From Stegostoma tigrinum (taxonomy: Eukaryota), in contig NC_081384.1 in the NCBI RefSeq assembly GCF_030684315.1, positions 15,290,818 to 15,354,817 on the forward strand: DNA of 64,000 bases, given 5' to 3'. The position numbers and the translations under genes were made by a program. The first letter of the stretch is position 1. Every line of letters begins with the position of its first letter. Of the stretch, positions 1 through 11,300 are shown piece by piece. The notes under the pieces are model-generated. The model was not told where the DNA came from. It did not search any database and worked only from the letters and a program-made list of their open reading frames with translations.

Positions 1-1868
1 CCAAAAATATAAAGGAGGATAGTAAAAGCTTTTTTAGGTATGTGAAAAGAAAAAAAATGGTTACGACTAAAATTGGGCCCTTGAAGTCAGAAATGGGTGA
101 ATTTATTATGGGGAACAAGGAAATGGCAGATGAGTTGAATAGGTACTTTGGATCTGTCTTCACTAGGGAAGACACAAGCAATCTCCCAGATGCAGCAGTG
201 GCTGAAGGACCGAGGGTAATGGACGAGCTGAAGGGTATTTATATTAGGCAGGAAATGGTGTTGGGTAGACTGTTAGGTCTGAAGGCTGATAAGTCCCCGG
301 GACCTGATGGTCTGCATCCCAGCGTACTTAAGGAGGTGGCTCTAGAAATTGTGGACGCGTTGGTAATTATTTTCCAAGGTTCTATAGATTCAGGATCAGT
401 TCCTGTGGATTGGACGCTGGCAAATGTTGTCCCACTTTTCAAGAAAGGAGGGAGAGAGAAAACAGGAAATTACAGACCGGTTAGCCTGACGTCAGTGGTG
501 GGAAAGATGCTGGAGTCAATTATAAAAAATGAAATTACGACTCATTTGGATAGCAGTAACAGAATAGGTCAGAATCAGCATGGATTTATGAAGGGGAAAT
601 CGTGCTTGACTAATCTTCTGGAATTTTTTGAGGATGTATCTATGAAGATGGATAAGGGAGAGCCAGTGGATGTAGTGTACCTGGACTTTCAGAAAGCCTA
701 TGATAAAGTCCCACACAGGAGATTGGTGAACAAAATTAGGGCACATGGTATTGGGGGCAAAATACTGAGTTGGATTGAAAATTGGCTGGCTGACAGGAAG
801 CAAAGAGTAGTGATAAACAGGTCCCTTTCGGAATGGCAAGCAGTGACCAGTGGGGTACCACAAGGTTCGGTGCTGGGCCCGCAGCTGTTTACGATATATA
901 TTAATGATATAGACGAAGGCATTAGAAGTAATATTAGCAAATTTGCTGATGACACAAAGTTGGGTGGCAGTGTGAAATGTGAGGAGGATGTTATTAGAAT
1001 ACAGGGTGACTTGGACAGGCTAGGTGAGTGGATGGATGCATGGCAGATGCAGTTTAATGTGGATAAATGTGTGGTTATACACTTTGGTGGCAATAACAGG
1101 AAGGCAGATTACTATCTCAATGGAGTCAAGTTAGGTAAAGGGGAAGCACAACGAGATCTAGGTGTTCTTGTACATCAGTCAATGAAAGCAAGCATGCAGG
1201 TACAGCAGGTAGTGAAGAAAGCTAATAGCATGCTGGCCTTCATCACAAGAGGAATTGAGTATAGGAGCAAAGAGGTCCTTCTGCAGCTGTACAGGGCCCT
1301 GGTGAGACCGCACCTGAAATAATGTGTGCAGTTTTGGTCTCCCAATTTGAGGAAGGACATTCTTGCTATTGAGGGAGTGCAGCGTAGGTTCACAAAGTCA
1401 ATTCCCGGAATGGCGGGACTATCATATGTTGAAAGATTGGAGCGACTGGGCTTGTATACTCTTGAGTTTAGAAGGATGAGAGGGGATCTGATTGAGACGT
1501 ATAAGATTATTAAGGGATTAGACACTGTGGAGGCAGGAAGCATGTTTCCGCTGATGGGTGAGTCCAGGACCAGAGGACACAGTTTAAAAATAAGGGGTAG
1601 GCCATTTAGAACAGAGTTGAGGTAAAACTTCTTCACCCAAAGAGTGGTGGTTATATGGAATGCTCCGCCCCAGAAGGCAGTGGAGGCCAACCCGCTGGAT
1701 ACTTTCAAGAAAGAGATAGACAGAGCTCTTAAAGATAGTGGAATCAAGGGTTATGGGGATAAGGCAGGAACAGGATACTGATTGTGGATGATCAGCCATG
1801 ATCATAATGAATGGTGGTGCTGGCTCAAAGGGCCAAATGGCCTACTCCAGCACCTATTGTCTATTGTC
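1..1868 (+). mobile_element. CR1-clade LINE, ORF2 RT region to 3-prime end (young, with premature stops)
   Basis: ORF 42-1322 has KSPGPDGLHP, NYRPVSLTS, YLDFQKAYDKV, GVPQGSVLGP, FADDTKL; stops at 1320 and 1623; (ctattgt)n tail 1854-1868. Confidence 0.95.
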
Positions 1869-1869
1869 A

Positions 1870-2090
1870 TTCTTCTAACCTCCAATGAGTAGAGACTCAA
1901 CCAAATCAGTCTTTCCTCATATGACTGTCCTCCATAACAGGGATCAATCTAGTGATCTTTCTCAGGACCGCCTCCAATGCTGCCTTCAATGCTCTGACTA
2001 AGGTCTTTCTTTAGATAATGGATCAAAACCGTTCACAGTATTCCAGCTGTGATCTGACTGATGCCTAGTACAGTTGACAGCAGTTATAAA
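1870..2090 (-). mobile_element. Old CR1 fragment
   Basis: Degenerate reverse-complement similarity to the 3-prime ORF2 region of the 1-1868 element. Confidence 0.55.
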
Positions 2091-2999
2091 CCCCGTCTGG
2101 TTTCCAACTGCACTGGCAGGCTTGGATCCAAATTGATATTAGTAGGAAAGGATGGTTCTATAAAGATCAAATTGGAACCTAAGAGTTATTTTCAGACAAA
2201 AGATTGTAATTTGAGTTATTTTGTGGAAGAATTGTTGAAAACAAGTGCAAAATGTTGGGATTTTGTTTCCTACTGATGGTATGTAAAGCTTTATCTTAAC
2301 ATTAATAGAAAAATGAAGTGGATATGTGCCACATTTTACACAGAACAGGCAAAGTATTGCCTTGGCACTAATGCTTCCTGCTAGAAAGAGAATCAGTAAA
2401 TTACTTTCAGACCCAGCAGCCCAACAACTGTACACTGAGGACGGTTTGAAAATTCTGTTAAAATGAATGAAAATGTAAAAGAAAGATGACCCTTTCAGTT
2501 TATATGAGTTATGGTCAAACTTTGATAAGTTTCATAAGTGAGGTGGATATCCCCTAACAGAATATAGAATGGAAATTAACAGACTATATTCAATATTCAG
2601 AAGTTGTACTTGGACACTTCTAATTCAATGCTTGCTTTTAAATTTGCACCTGTGCTAAGATGTTGAACATGGAGAGACTCCCAGGATTAATTGGCGTTAG
2701 ATTTTCAGAAAGAAATACACTTTTGGAACAGCTGTCTGAAGTTTTTTTAAAAATTCTAGGAAAACTGTTCATTCTCAGGGTCCTTCATGGCTTAAATAGG
2801 ACATTCAGTAGTAATACAGACAATGGAAAATCTAATGGTAGCAGCAATGCAAGACTCCTCACATATAAGCAAAAACTGCTTTGGGGAAACAGAATCATCA
2901 TATTGAAGAATAGAGATACCTTCGCAATTACAGCAGATAGCAGGAATTGGAGAACTATAATTGAAGGATGGACCCCAAGAATTCAGGGTTTGAGTGAAG

Positions 3000-3135
3000 C
3001 AAAAACCAGACCATATAAATTTGAACCATTACAAGACAACAGTGCTTCACAGGAGACTCCAAAACACTAAGGATGTCACCTAGTGATAGGATGAAACATC
3101 TGCTATCAGACCTCCCAGCTAGGCGAACATATCAA
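3000..3135 (+). mobile_element. Decayed PLE 3-prime end with HHR remnant
   Basis: ctaaggatgtcacctagtgataggatgaaacatctg (3067-3102) resembles the CTGAGGA-T-stem-GAAAC motif of the 36781-38036 family. Confidence 0.5.
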
Positions 3136-3569
3136 TATCTAGGACCAGGAATGCCCAGGATATAATCAACAGCTATTTTAAATGTGACTCAAAATACCAT
3201 AACTCAATGAATTATTCTACACGAAAGAATAAGGTGAGCAAAATTACAGAAAGTGGAAAAGTTCAGAAGGAGAGGACCGTATTACTAATCAGACAGAGGG
3301 AATTGTGCTAGTTAGAAGAAGCAGCAATGTAATAATGAATGTTTTAGTCACAGACTGATACAACTGCATTGTGTTGCACAGTGGATGCACATCTAGTGTG
3401 TGAAATGGATTGGTTAAAAATTGCACCTAGATTCTTTAAGTAACAAGGATCAAAGTGAAAAAATTTGAGAGTTCTGCTTACTTTAGAAGGATTGAGGATA
3501 ACAACGTCCTGAAATCTTCAAAAAGAATGGTCATTCTCTGTAAAATGGCCAGGCTAAACATTTCACCTG

Positions 3570-3979
3570 GACAACAAAATGTGAGGCTGGATGAACACAG
3601 CAGGCCAAGCAGCAACTCAGCAGCACAAAAGCTGACGTTTCGGGCCTAGACCCTTCATCAGAGAGGGGGATGGGGTGAGGGTTCTGGAATAAATAGGGAG
3701 AGAGGGGGAGGCGGACCGAAGATGGAGAGAAAAGAAGATAGGTGGAGACAAGAGAGTTGCAATGGGAGAGAGATTCCCTGAGGTTGGTCCGGAGGGAGGA
3801 GGGTAACTTCTTCAGGTTAGGCATCCCTGGAAGAGGCTTCGCAGTGAGGTTAAAATAGTATCAGAGATAATGGGAACTGCAGATGCTGGAGAATCCAAGA
3901 CAACAAAATGTGAGGCTGGATGAACATAGCAGGCCAAGCTCCAAGACAACAAAATGTGAGGCTGGATGAACTCCAAGAA
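3570..3979 (-). mobile_element. Short internally deleted Penelope-like element
   Basis: Near-identical to the terminal segments of the PLEs at 24560-24764 and 58596-58780; three copies of acaacaaaatgtgaggctggatgaac. Confidence 0.85.
3631..3663 (-). ncRNA. Minimal hammerhead ribozyme motif (intact core)
   Basis: Minus strand CTGATGA-A-GGGT-CTAG-GCCC-GAAA-C-GTC: CUGAnGA and GAAA core, 4-bp stem II, palindromic ACGU stem III, GUC triplet. Confidence 0.75.
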
Positions 3980-4864
3980 GACAACAACATTTTACCTGCT
4001 CAGACATAGTATCAAAAGTGAAATAAATGTACTGTTCAGCAGACCATCTATGAAGAAGGCTCAAATGAAATTGATCAAGAAACACAATAAGGCAACTGTT
4101 TTTGGTAACTCAGTGGATTTAGTTTACATATTTGAACATTTAACAAAACCTAACTTCTCTCACCAAAATATTAGGCAGGTGCTTTTAGCACAAAGACATA
4201 GGAGTTTAAAGGTTAAAAAAAAGGCTAATTACCTTCAAACCACATCAAGCTGTTTGGCCATCCGTCATCTCACAGCTTAAAAATCTTACCAAAGGTTGCA
4301 TGAATATAGTGAGTACGCTAAATTTGTAGACAAGATCACCAATAAATGTAACATATGTAAAAAAAAGGACACCATCATGACCCATAGTTGATCTCCCAAT
4401 AGCAAGAAACTTGAAATGATGAGTAGCAAAGCAGTTGAAGATGCTGAGATAAGGGGAAAAAAATTCTCATTTTGTACTTCATAGGCATAGCAATCAGTCT
4501 ACAAAAACGTACAGTACAAGTTAATGGAGAAATGGATAAGGACCAGACTGAAAATATCAGGTAAACTCTTGTCTGGGGAGAATTTGCCAATGATGAAGTT
4601 AGGGACATGTTGGAAATTATGAACACTTTGGAATGAACGTGGTAACAGAAAGTCCCTTTAGTAACAATTCTGTAAAATGAATCACATGGTAATAATTGAG
4701 ATGCTTCACAAAATCCTTGCTGAACAACAATATTGTAAATTAACCAATTTATAATTAATGGACAATCCATGTAACAAACTCATATGGAGACTACAGTCTA
4801 TATTAATTGTTTTTTTGGGGACACATCCATTGATTCCTTTGCAAATAAGCAATTGTCCCTCTGT

Positions 4865-5070
4865 TTAGAACATAGGAATGTGATAGGCCAGTTGGCTCAT
4901 CCAGTCCGCTCCACCATTCAATAAGATCATGGCTGAGCATTTTTGTAGACTGAGCTCCACTTAGCCATCTGCTTGCTATAACACTTAATTCCTTTATTGT
5001 TCAAAAATCTATCTGCCTTTTCCTTAAAAACATTCAATGTAGTAGTCTCAACTGCTTCACTGGGCAGGAT
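4865..5070 (-). mobile_element. CR1 3-prime end fragment
   Basis: Reverse similarity to the CR1 3-prime UTR (ccaccattcaataagatcatggctga). Confidence 0.7.
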
Positions 5071-6603
5071 TTGGGGTGGGATTACATTAGTTCCACTTTT
5101 TCTGTGCACATTAATGTGTAGCATGCAGGAAGGTCATTTATTTTGGTTGAGATTTCAGAGAAAATTTAGTAAGTTATCTGATATCATATAAGACAATCAA
5201 AAATAAATTTTAGTCTGGTGACATAGTATATTCAAAAAGGGCAGGAAGAGTGGAAAGTAATAAATGAATAGATTTTTTTTATTTGTTCATGAGATGTGGG
5301 TGTCACTGGCTTGGCCACAATTATTACCCAGTCCTAACTGCCTGGCAGTGATAGCAAAACATGTAATTTTAGAGCATGATGACCAAACTGGTCGGATTTA
5401 AAGTTAAGTGGCACTGATTACAAACTGACAGAACCTGAACATATTCTAGAAAGTGAGGAGACACCTTGTACTTCACATACACACATGTTGGATAATTACA
5501 AGGTATAGCATTGAGCAAAAATCTCCATCATCTAAAATACTAGACAAGATCCTAGACTTTTCCAAAATCCAAAATACTGGACAAAACCTGGAGCTCAGGG
5601 TACAACAAATACACACAGAGCCTGAATGATTTCTGTTTGGGGCTATTGTTTAGCCTGGAAGTCCAATTTACATCTCCGCTCTAAGATTTTCTGCTTTTCA
5701 ACTTCCTTTCTCCAGGTTCTTTCATTTCCTTGCAGGATGCACAGGGTAATTGGCACACTACCTACAAAAGTTACCTGTTAAATGTAACAGTTTACACCAA
5801 CTGTTGAGAAAAAATAACTAGCCGTCTTCAGATTTCAGGTATTTTTACTGCAGACCAGCTCTTTCAGCAGTCCGAAGGCTTCTGTCTATATTGTTCACAC
5901 CCACAAGCTGTTCAGTTGTTCAGGAACTACAGAGTTCTTGTCAGGCTGATGATTTTTGTCATTGACTTCTAACCACAATTGCACAAACCATCTTTGAGCA
6001 ACCCAGAAATGGTCTACTAGGGAAAAAAACTGGCCAACATCCTTATGATGCATGTCAAAAAGGTTGTGTGGAATTTCAGTAACATGATAAAATAGAAAGG
6101 GAATTTAAAATTGGAAGTGAGACATGGCGGTCCATTAAATACATAGGGTTTAGACATTAAGTGGAGTATGTCAGGAGTGATTTGGATCAACAGTCTAACT
6201 GGATTACTGCAGAGTTTATCAAATACTTGGGTGGTAAAGAATCATAAATGTTGGCTGTTGGTCTGGGAAGCCAACAAATTAAAAAAGGTAGTTAAAAATA
6301 CTTGAATTGTTGAATGGCACTAGTAGATCCAATAGACAATGTGTTTATCAATGTTCAAAAGGAAATTTTATTCAAAGGCAATCTGAGAAAAAGGTTGTCA
6401 ATAGAACATTATTTGGATGACTGTTTTCTTTTTGACAGTGTTGCTGCGAAAAGGTTGAGAATTGACCTTGCTAGCATAAATGTCAAAAGAGCTGTAGTAC
6501 TAGTTAGTTAGAAACAGTGATACCTTTTTCAGTAAACTTTATTATCTCACCAACTGGCTTGAAACTATATTGACACTGAGAAGAATGTCAGATCCTGGCG
6601 CAC

Positions 6604-6966
6604 AAGGAGGAGGAGAGGGGACCTAATTGAGGTATACAAGATAATGAGAGGCATAGATAGAGTTGATAGCCAGAGACTATTTCCCAGGGCAGAAATGGCT
6701 AGCACGAGGGGTCATAGTTTTAAGCTGGTTGGTGGAAAGTATAGAGGGGATGTCAGAGGCAGGTTCTTTACGCAGAGAGTAGTGAGAGCATGGAATGCGT
6801 TGCCAGCAACAGTTGTGGAAGCAAGGTCATTGGGGTCATTTAAGAGACTGCTGGACATGTATATGGTCACAGAAATTTGAGGGTGCATACATGAGGATCA
6901 ATGGTCAGCACAACATTGTGGGCTGAAGGGCCTGTTCTGTGCTGTACTGTTCTATGTTCTATATGT
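6604..6966 (+). mobile_element. CR1 3-prime fragment with (tctatgt)n tail
   Basis: RGDLIEVYKIMRGIDRVDS...FFTQRVVRAWNALP; microsatellite tail; appears inserted into a Deu-SINE remnant (6970-7150). Confidence 0.88.
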
Positions 6967-7234
6967 TTTGTAGAAGAGCAAGGGGTGATCTCCTTGTGTG
7001 CTGGTCAACATCTAACGCCAAAACCAACACTGCAAAGGTACTAATTATTTGGCCACCATCACACTATGGAGTTGGCAGGATCTTGCTTGTTTCAAAATTG
7101 TTTGTTGTGGTTCTTGCATCACAAATAGTGACTGTACGATGACCATGTACTTCAATATCTCATTGAATGATCTACCTCAGCTCTTTTGTCCTATTGTCAT
7201 CTAAATGCCAGTCACTGCCCAATTGGTCTCTTAT

Positions 7235-7610
7235 CTCTGATTCATAAGTTTCACTCCAGGACTTGACTAGCGATGGCGGTCCGACTGCTGAGGGAGTCCT
7301 GCACTGTCAGAGGTGCCAACAGATGAGACGACATTTTGAGTTCCCATCAGATTGCTCAGATAGACGCAGAAGATCCTGTGGCACCACCATTATGAAGTGG
7401 GGCAGAGATTTATCTTCAGTGTCTTAGCTAATACAAAGTCCTCGATCAACATCATAGACAAATCCGCTCATTATCACATGGTTTACCACATTCACATACG
7501 TTGGCGATACACGGATTTTAATTTGAGATACCTACACCGCAAAGAATAATAAAAACTTAATTCATTGGCTGTAAATCATTTCGAAACATGCTGAGGTTAT
7601 ATACGTGAAA
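7235..7610 (+). mobile_element. Deu-domain SINE (SacSINE1/AmnSINE-like), decayed
   Basis: gagggagtcctgcactgtcagaggtgcc...agatgagacg...agatcctgtggcac...ttcattggctgtaaa matches the recalled Deu-SINE consensus. Confidence 0.7.
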
Positions 7611-7699
7611 ACTTTTTTGTTTGTTTCCTCAAGCTGACCCATTTTCCCATCTTTTACTAAAGCCCAAGAGGTAGGGCTTCTTTTGCTTGTTTGTTTGAG

Positions 7700-8119
7700 C
7701 TCCGACCTCCAGCTCGAACAACCAACAGCTGCACCACGAACCTGCTGCTCGAGGTTAGCAGCCGGCGGTCACCACACTGCGCAGGCGTTTTTCAACACGA
7801 CAAGGGGATAACGTCTGGGTGCACGTCTCAGGTGGTTTGGCTCGATACTGAAAGAGGCACGACGCGCAGGCGGAGTAGGGTGAAGCCGGCCCGGCGCACG
7901 TGGAGAGGGAAACAGACGCCATCTTTGTCTTATTCTAGCACCTTCCCAGGAACCAAACATCGAGAGTCGTTTCGGAAATATTTAATGTGTTCTGTTTACA
8001 GACCTGTCTTGGCAGTTCCAAGTCTTGTGACAACCCAGAGTCGCTCCGCTCCTTGGGTTTTGCAACGTTTACGAAGTCACTGGTACTTCCCTCGAGAAAG
8101 GCCGAGGTGTTGTGTGGCT
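7700..8119. promoter_or_regulatory. CNTD1 CpG-rich promoter region
   Basis: Local CpG enrichment; NRF1-like TGCGCAGGCG (~7778); E-box CACGTG 7897-7902; YY1-like AAGATGGCG on minus strand (~7917-7925). Confidence 0.6.
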
Positions 8120-8309
8120 ATGAGTAAAGTGGTGGCTGTAAACACAGAGGAAAACCAGGGTTGCGGCAAAAAGACTCCGGAGCTGTCGTTCAGCGCCGTT
8201 CCCCCCGAGATGTTGGAAGAGTTTCTGTTTCATGTGGCCAAGGAGAATGAAAATAACCTGCTGAACCTTTCTCATCACGCTGGCTGTTTCAAAAAGACAA
8301 CCTTAATTG
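8120..8309 (+). CDS. CNTD1: CNTD1 coding exon 1
   Basis: gctATG start; MSKVVAVN...AGCFKKTTLI; donor G|gtaggt. Start codon choice is inferred (in-frame ATG also at 7985). Confidence 0.85.
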
Positions 8310-11300
8310 GTAGGTGTGCGAGTACTAATGTTTGAAGCCATTAATGGCGGATATTTTTTAATCAACTTGTTCAGATGTGTTACGACACACCTCTGGAGCA
8401 GGTGGCACTGGAACCAGGGCGTTCCAGCCCAGAGATAGGGACACTAACATTGTGCCACAGGAGCCCATAAATCAACAACTGTAAACGTGTAATCACTTAA
8501 CTTATCTTGACCAACTTGCAACTTTCTTGTTACTTTTTATGTTATTCCATGTCACAGAATTTGTTTTCCTTCTTTGTGAGCAACTGGGACTTCATCAGGT
8601 TACAAGATATCAAGCTGTGGAGCTATTGGAAAGGTAAAACAATTATATGTGTCATGATTTTGTTTTGAAAAATGAGCCTATTATTTTACTAAAATAGAAG
8701 CATGGGCTGGGAAAACACCTATTCAATGATCCATTCCCAGAATTGTAAGGATAAAACAATTTACTGTTGGATTTTTATATTTGATGTAGTTAGCATCATA
8801 ACATGACATACAGTGCAATGTTTAAGCTTCACTGTCATCACTGCATTAAAAATGATTGAGTGAAGGAGAAACATCTTACTTCCTGGCTTATTAAGAATGC
8901 TTCAGTGCAATTGGCTGCTTCACCTACTTGGCATCACCATTGTTACTGGTGAAAAATACTGAGAAGACAACAGCATTTGTCATTATTAAGTCTGATTTCA
9001 CAGTCCTTTCATTTTAAAGTAAGGTTTATCATGAGATCAGCTATAACCTGTTTAATTTTACAGGTTTATGATACAGTACATTGAAAAACTGTATTCATCT
9101 ACATGTGCAGGATCTGAGAAAAATGCAGAAAAACTTGATTGGGAACAATTGCAGGATAGAATCCAAGAGCATTTTGTACTACGGATCATGTCGTGTGTTC
9201 AAATAGCAAGCAAAATCTCATTCCACTACCAGGTAAAGTATTGCATCATTAGATCCTTTCCTGCATTTACGTAAAATAAAATCTCATCTTAATGTTTGAC
9301 CGGAGCCACAAATACAATCCATTTCTTTCCTTATTTATTTTTCCAGATTGTTAATATTAGCATGGCCTTGAAGTTTCTCCAGTCACTCGGTTACTCATAT
9401 AAGAAGGAAGACTTTCTGGATTCAGAACTACTTGTGCTTGAAACTTTGAATTTTCAAGTCAACGTCCCTTCCCCTTTCACTCACACTGAAATACTATTAG
9501 AAGTCATGGGTGAGTGAGAAGAATATAATCACTAACAATTGAATGCTTTGTACCAATTACTGAACTTGGTTCAAAAACAGAAATTGCTGGAGAAACTGAG
9601 CAGGTTTGGCAGCATCTGTGGGGATAAAGCAGATTTAATGTTTTGGAGTCTACTGACTCTTCAGAAATGATAGTAGCCAGAAAAAGTGGTATTTATGCTG
9701 AAGGAGGGGTTGGGAAAGAGGAAAGATGTGTGGACAGATGGAGCTGGAGTCCAGAGGAAGAGAGAGATATGAAAGGAGTAGTCAGACAAGGGGATTATTG
9801 ATAGTAGATCATGACAGGAGAAGCCGAATAAGTGACACTGAGAGTAGGAGAGAATGTGTAGGCTATGTTGAAAGCGACTTACGTAATACAATAACAGGAA
9901 TGAAAATAGAAATTGCTTGAAAAGTTCAGCAAGTCTGGCAGCATCTATGGACAGGAATCAGAGTTAACATTTCAGTCTCTACAAATGCTGCCAGATCTGC
10001 TGAGCTTTTCCAGCAATTTCTGTTTTTGTTTCTGATTTCGAGCATCTGCAATTCTTTAGATTTTTTTTAAAAATGTGATATGTCTGAGAATGAGTGAGGA
10101 GAGAATAGGTTGACTTAAAAGCAATCGATGTCATAGCAGCACGAAGATGCTGGAGGTGGGTAACAACAAACAGGATAGAAACATGCTGTAACATTATTGA
10201 ACTGTATGTTGAGTCCTAGATGCCTCAGGGTCTCGAAACTAAAAATGAGGTGCTGTTCTTCAAGCTAATACTGAGGCTCACTGGAAAACTGCAGCGCCTT
10301 TGCTGCAGAAATGTTGGCACGGGATAACACGAGGCACAAGTGGCAGGCAGCAGAAGCTCGGTCATTTTACAGGCAGAACATAGGTGGCATGCGAGATGGT
10401 CATCCAGTCTGCAATTCATCTCCCCAGTATAGAGGAGACCATGCTGGACAGTGAATACAGTAGAGTACATTGAAGTGCAAGTAAATTGCTGCTACATTAA
10501 GAAGCTCCGTCTGGGACTTTACCTCTTTCCTCCTCACGAATCAGGAAGGTATAACACCTTCTGCAATTGAATAGAAAGAGGTGTAGGGAGGTGTTGACCA
10601 CCATGACCCAGTGGGAAAGGTCCTGAAGATTGGTGACGAAGAAGGTGAATGTGACTGGTCCTGGCATCTCACAGAAGATGACGGAAATGCCAGCTTACAG
10701 TCTTATGATTACACAGGCTGATGGGGATGATAAGTGAAGACCGGTGGAACCTCGTTGTTATTCTGGAAAGGAAGATAAGGGCCAAAGTATGAGAGATGGG
10801 TCGAATATTGGCAGAGACCCTGTCAACCATTTTAGTGGACAACCTTCAATTCAGGAGAAAGGTGGACATTTGAGGCCCTATTTGTGAAAAGTGACATCAT
10901 TAGAACAGGTGCAATGGAGAAACTGGGAGAACAGGCTGGATTCCTTGTAGGAAGCAGGGGAGGATGTACCGTGGAGGGAACTGTGAGAGTTGATGGTTTT
11001 GAAATGAATTTTTCCAGAAATGGAAACAGGAATCAGATGGACAAGGTAAAGGTGAAAGCAGGGTGGAAACAGAAGGGGAAATTTATCAATTCCACCGGTC
11101 CTGAACCAGGAGGGAGCAGTACAGATCATGACATTGATGTAGCAGAGAAAGAACTGTAAGGAGGAACCTGATCAGGATTGTCACAAAGAGACAGGCAAAA
11201 CTGAGACCTATGGGGGTACTTATGGCGAGACCTGTGATCTGAAGAAAGTGAGAGGAGTTAAAGAAACTGTTGTTCAAAGTGAGGATGAGCTTGGCTGGGC

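Noticed and set aside
1175-1805. Minus-strand ORFs over CR1 (also 61904-62342 plus)
   Set aside because: Antisense shadows of CR1 ORF2
2660-3070. 136-aa plus-strand ORF
   Set aside because: No recognisable domain or exon structure; its end runs into a decayed PLE terminus
3570-3975. Repeated 26-nt blocks resembling a CRISPR array
   Set aside because: Eukaryotic context, irregular spacing, and the repeats are PLE terminal sequence
5620-6020. Coding-looking minus-strand stretch (SVPITLCILQGNERTWRKEVEKQKILERRCK)
   Set aside because: Short, with stops in the neighbouring frames and no recognisable homology (not COA3); could still be an unrecognised exon
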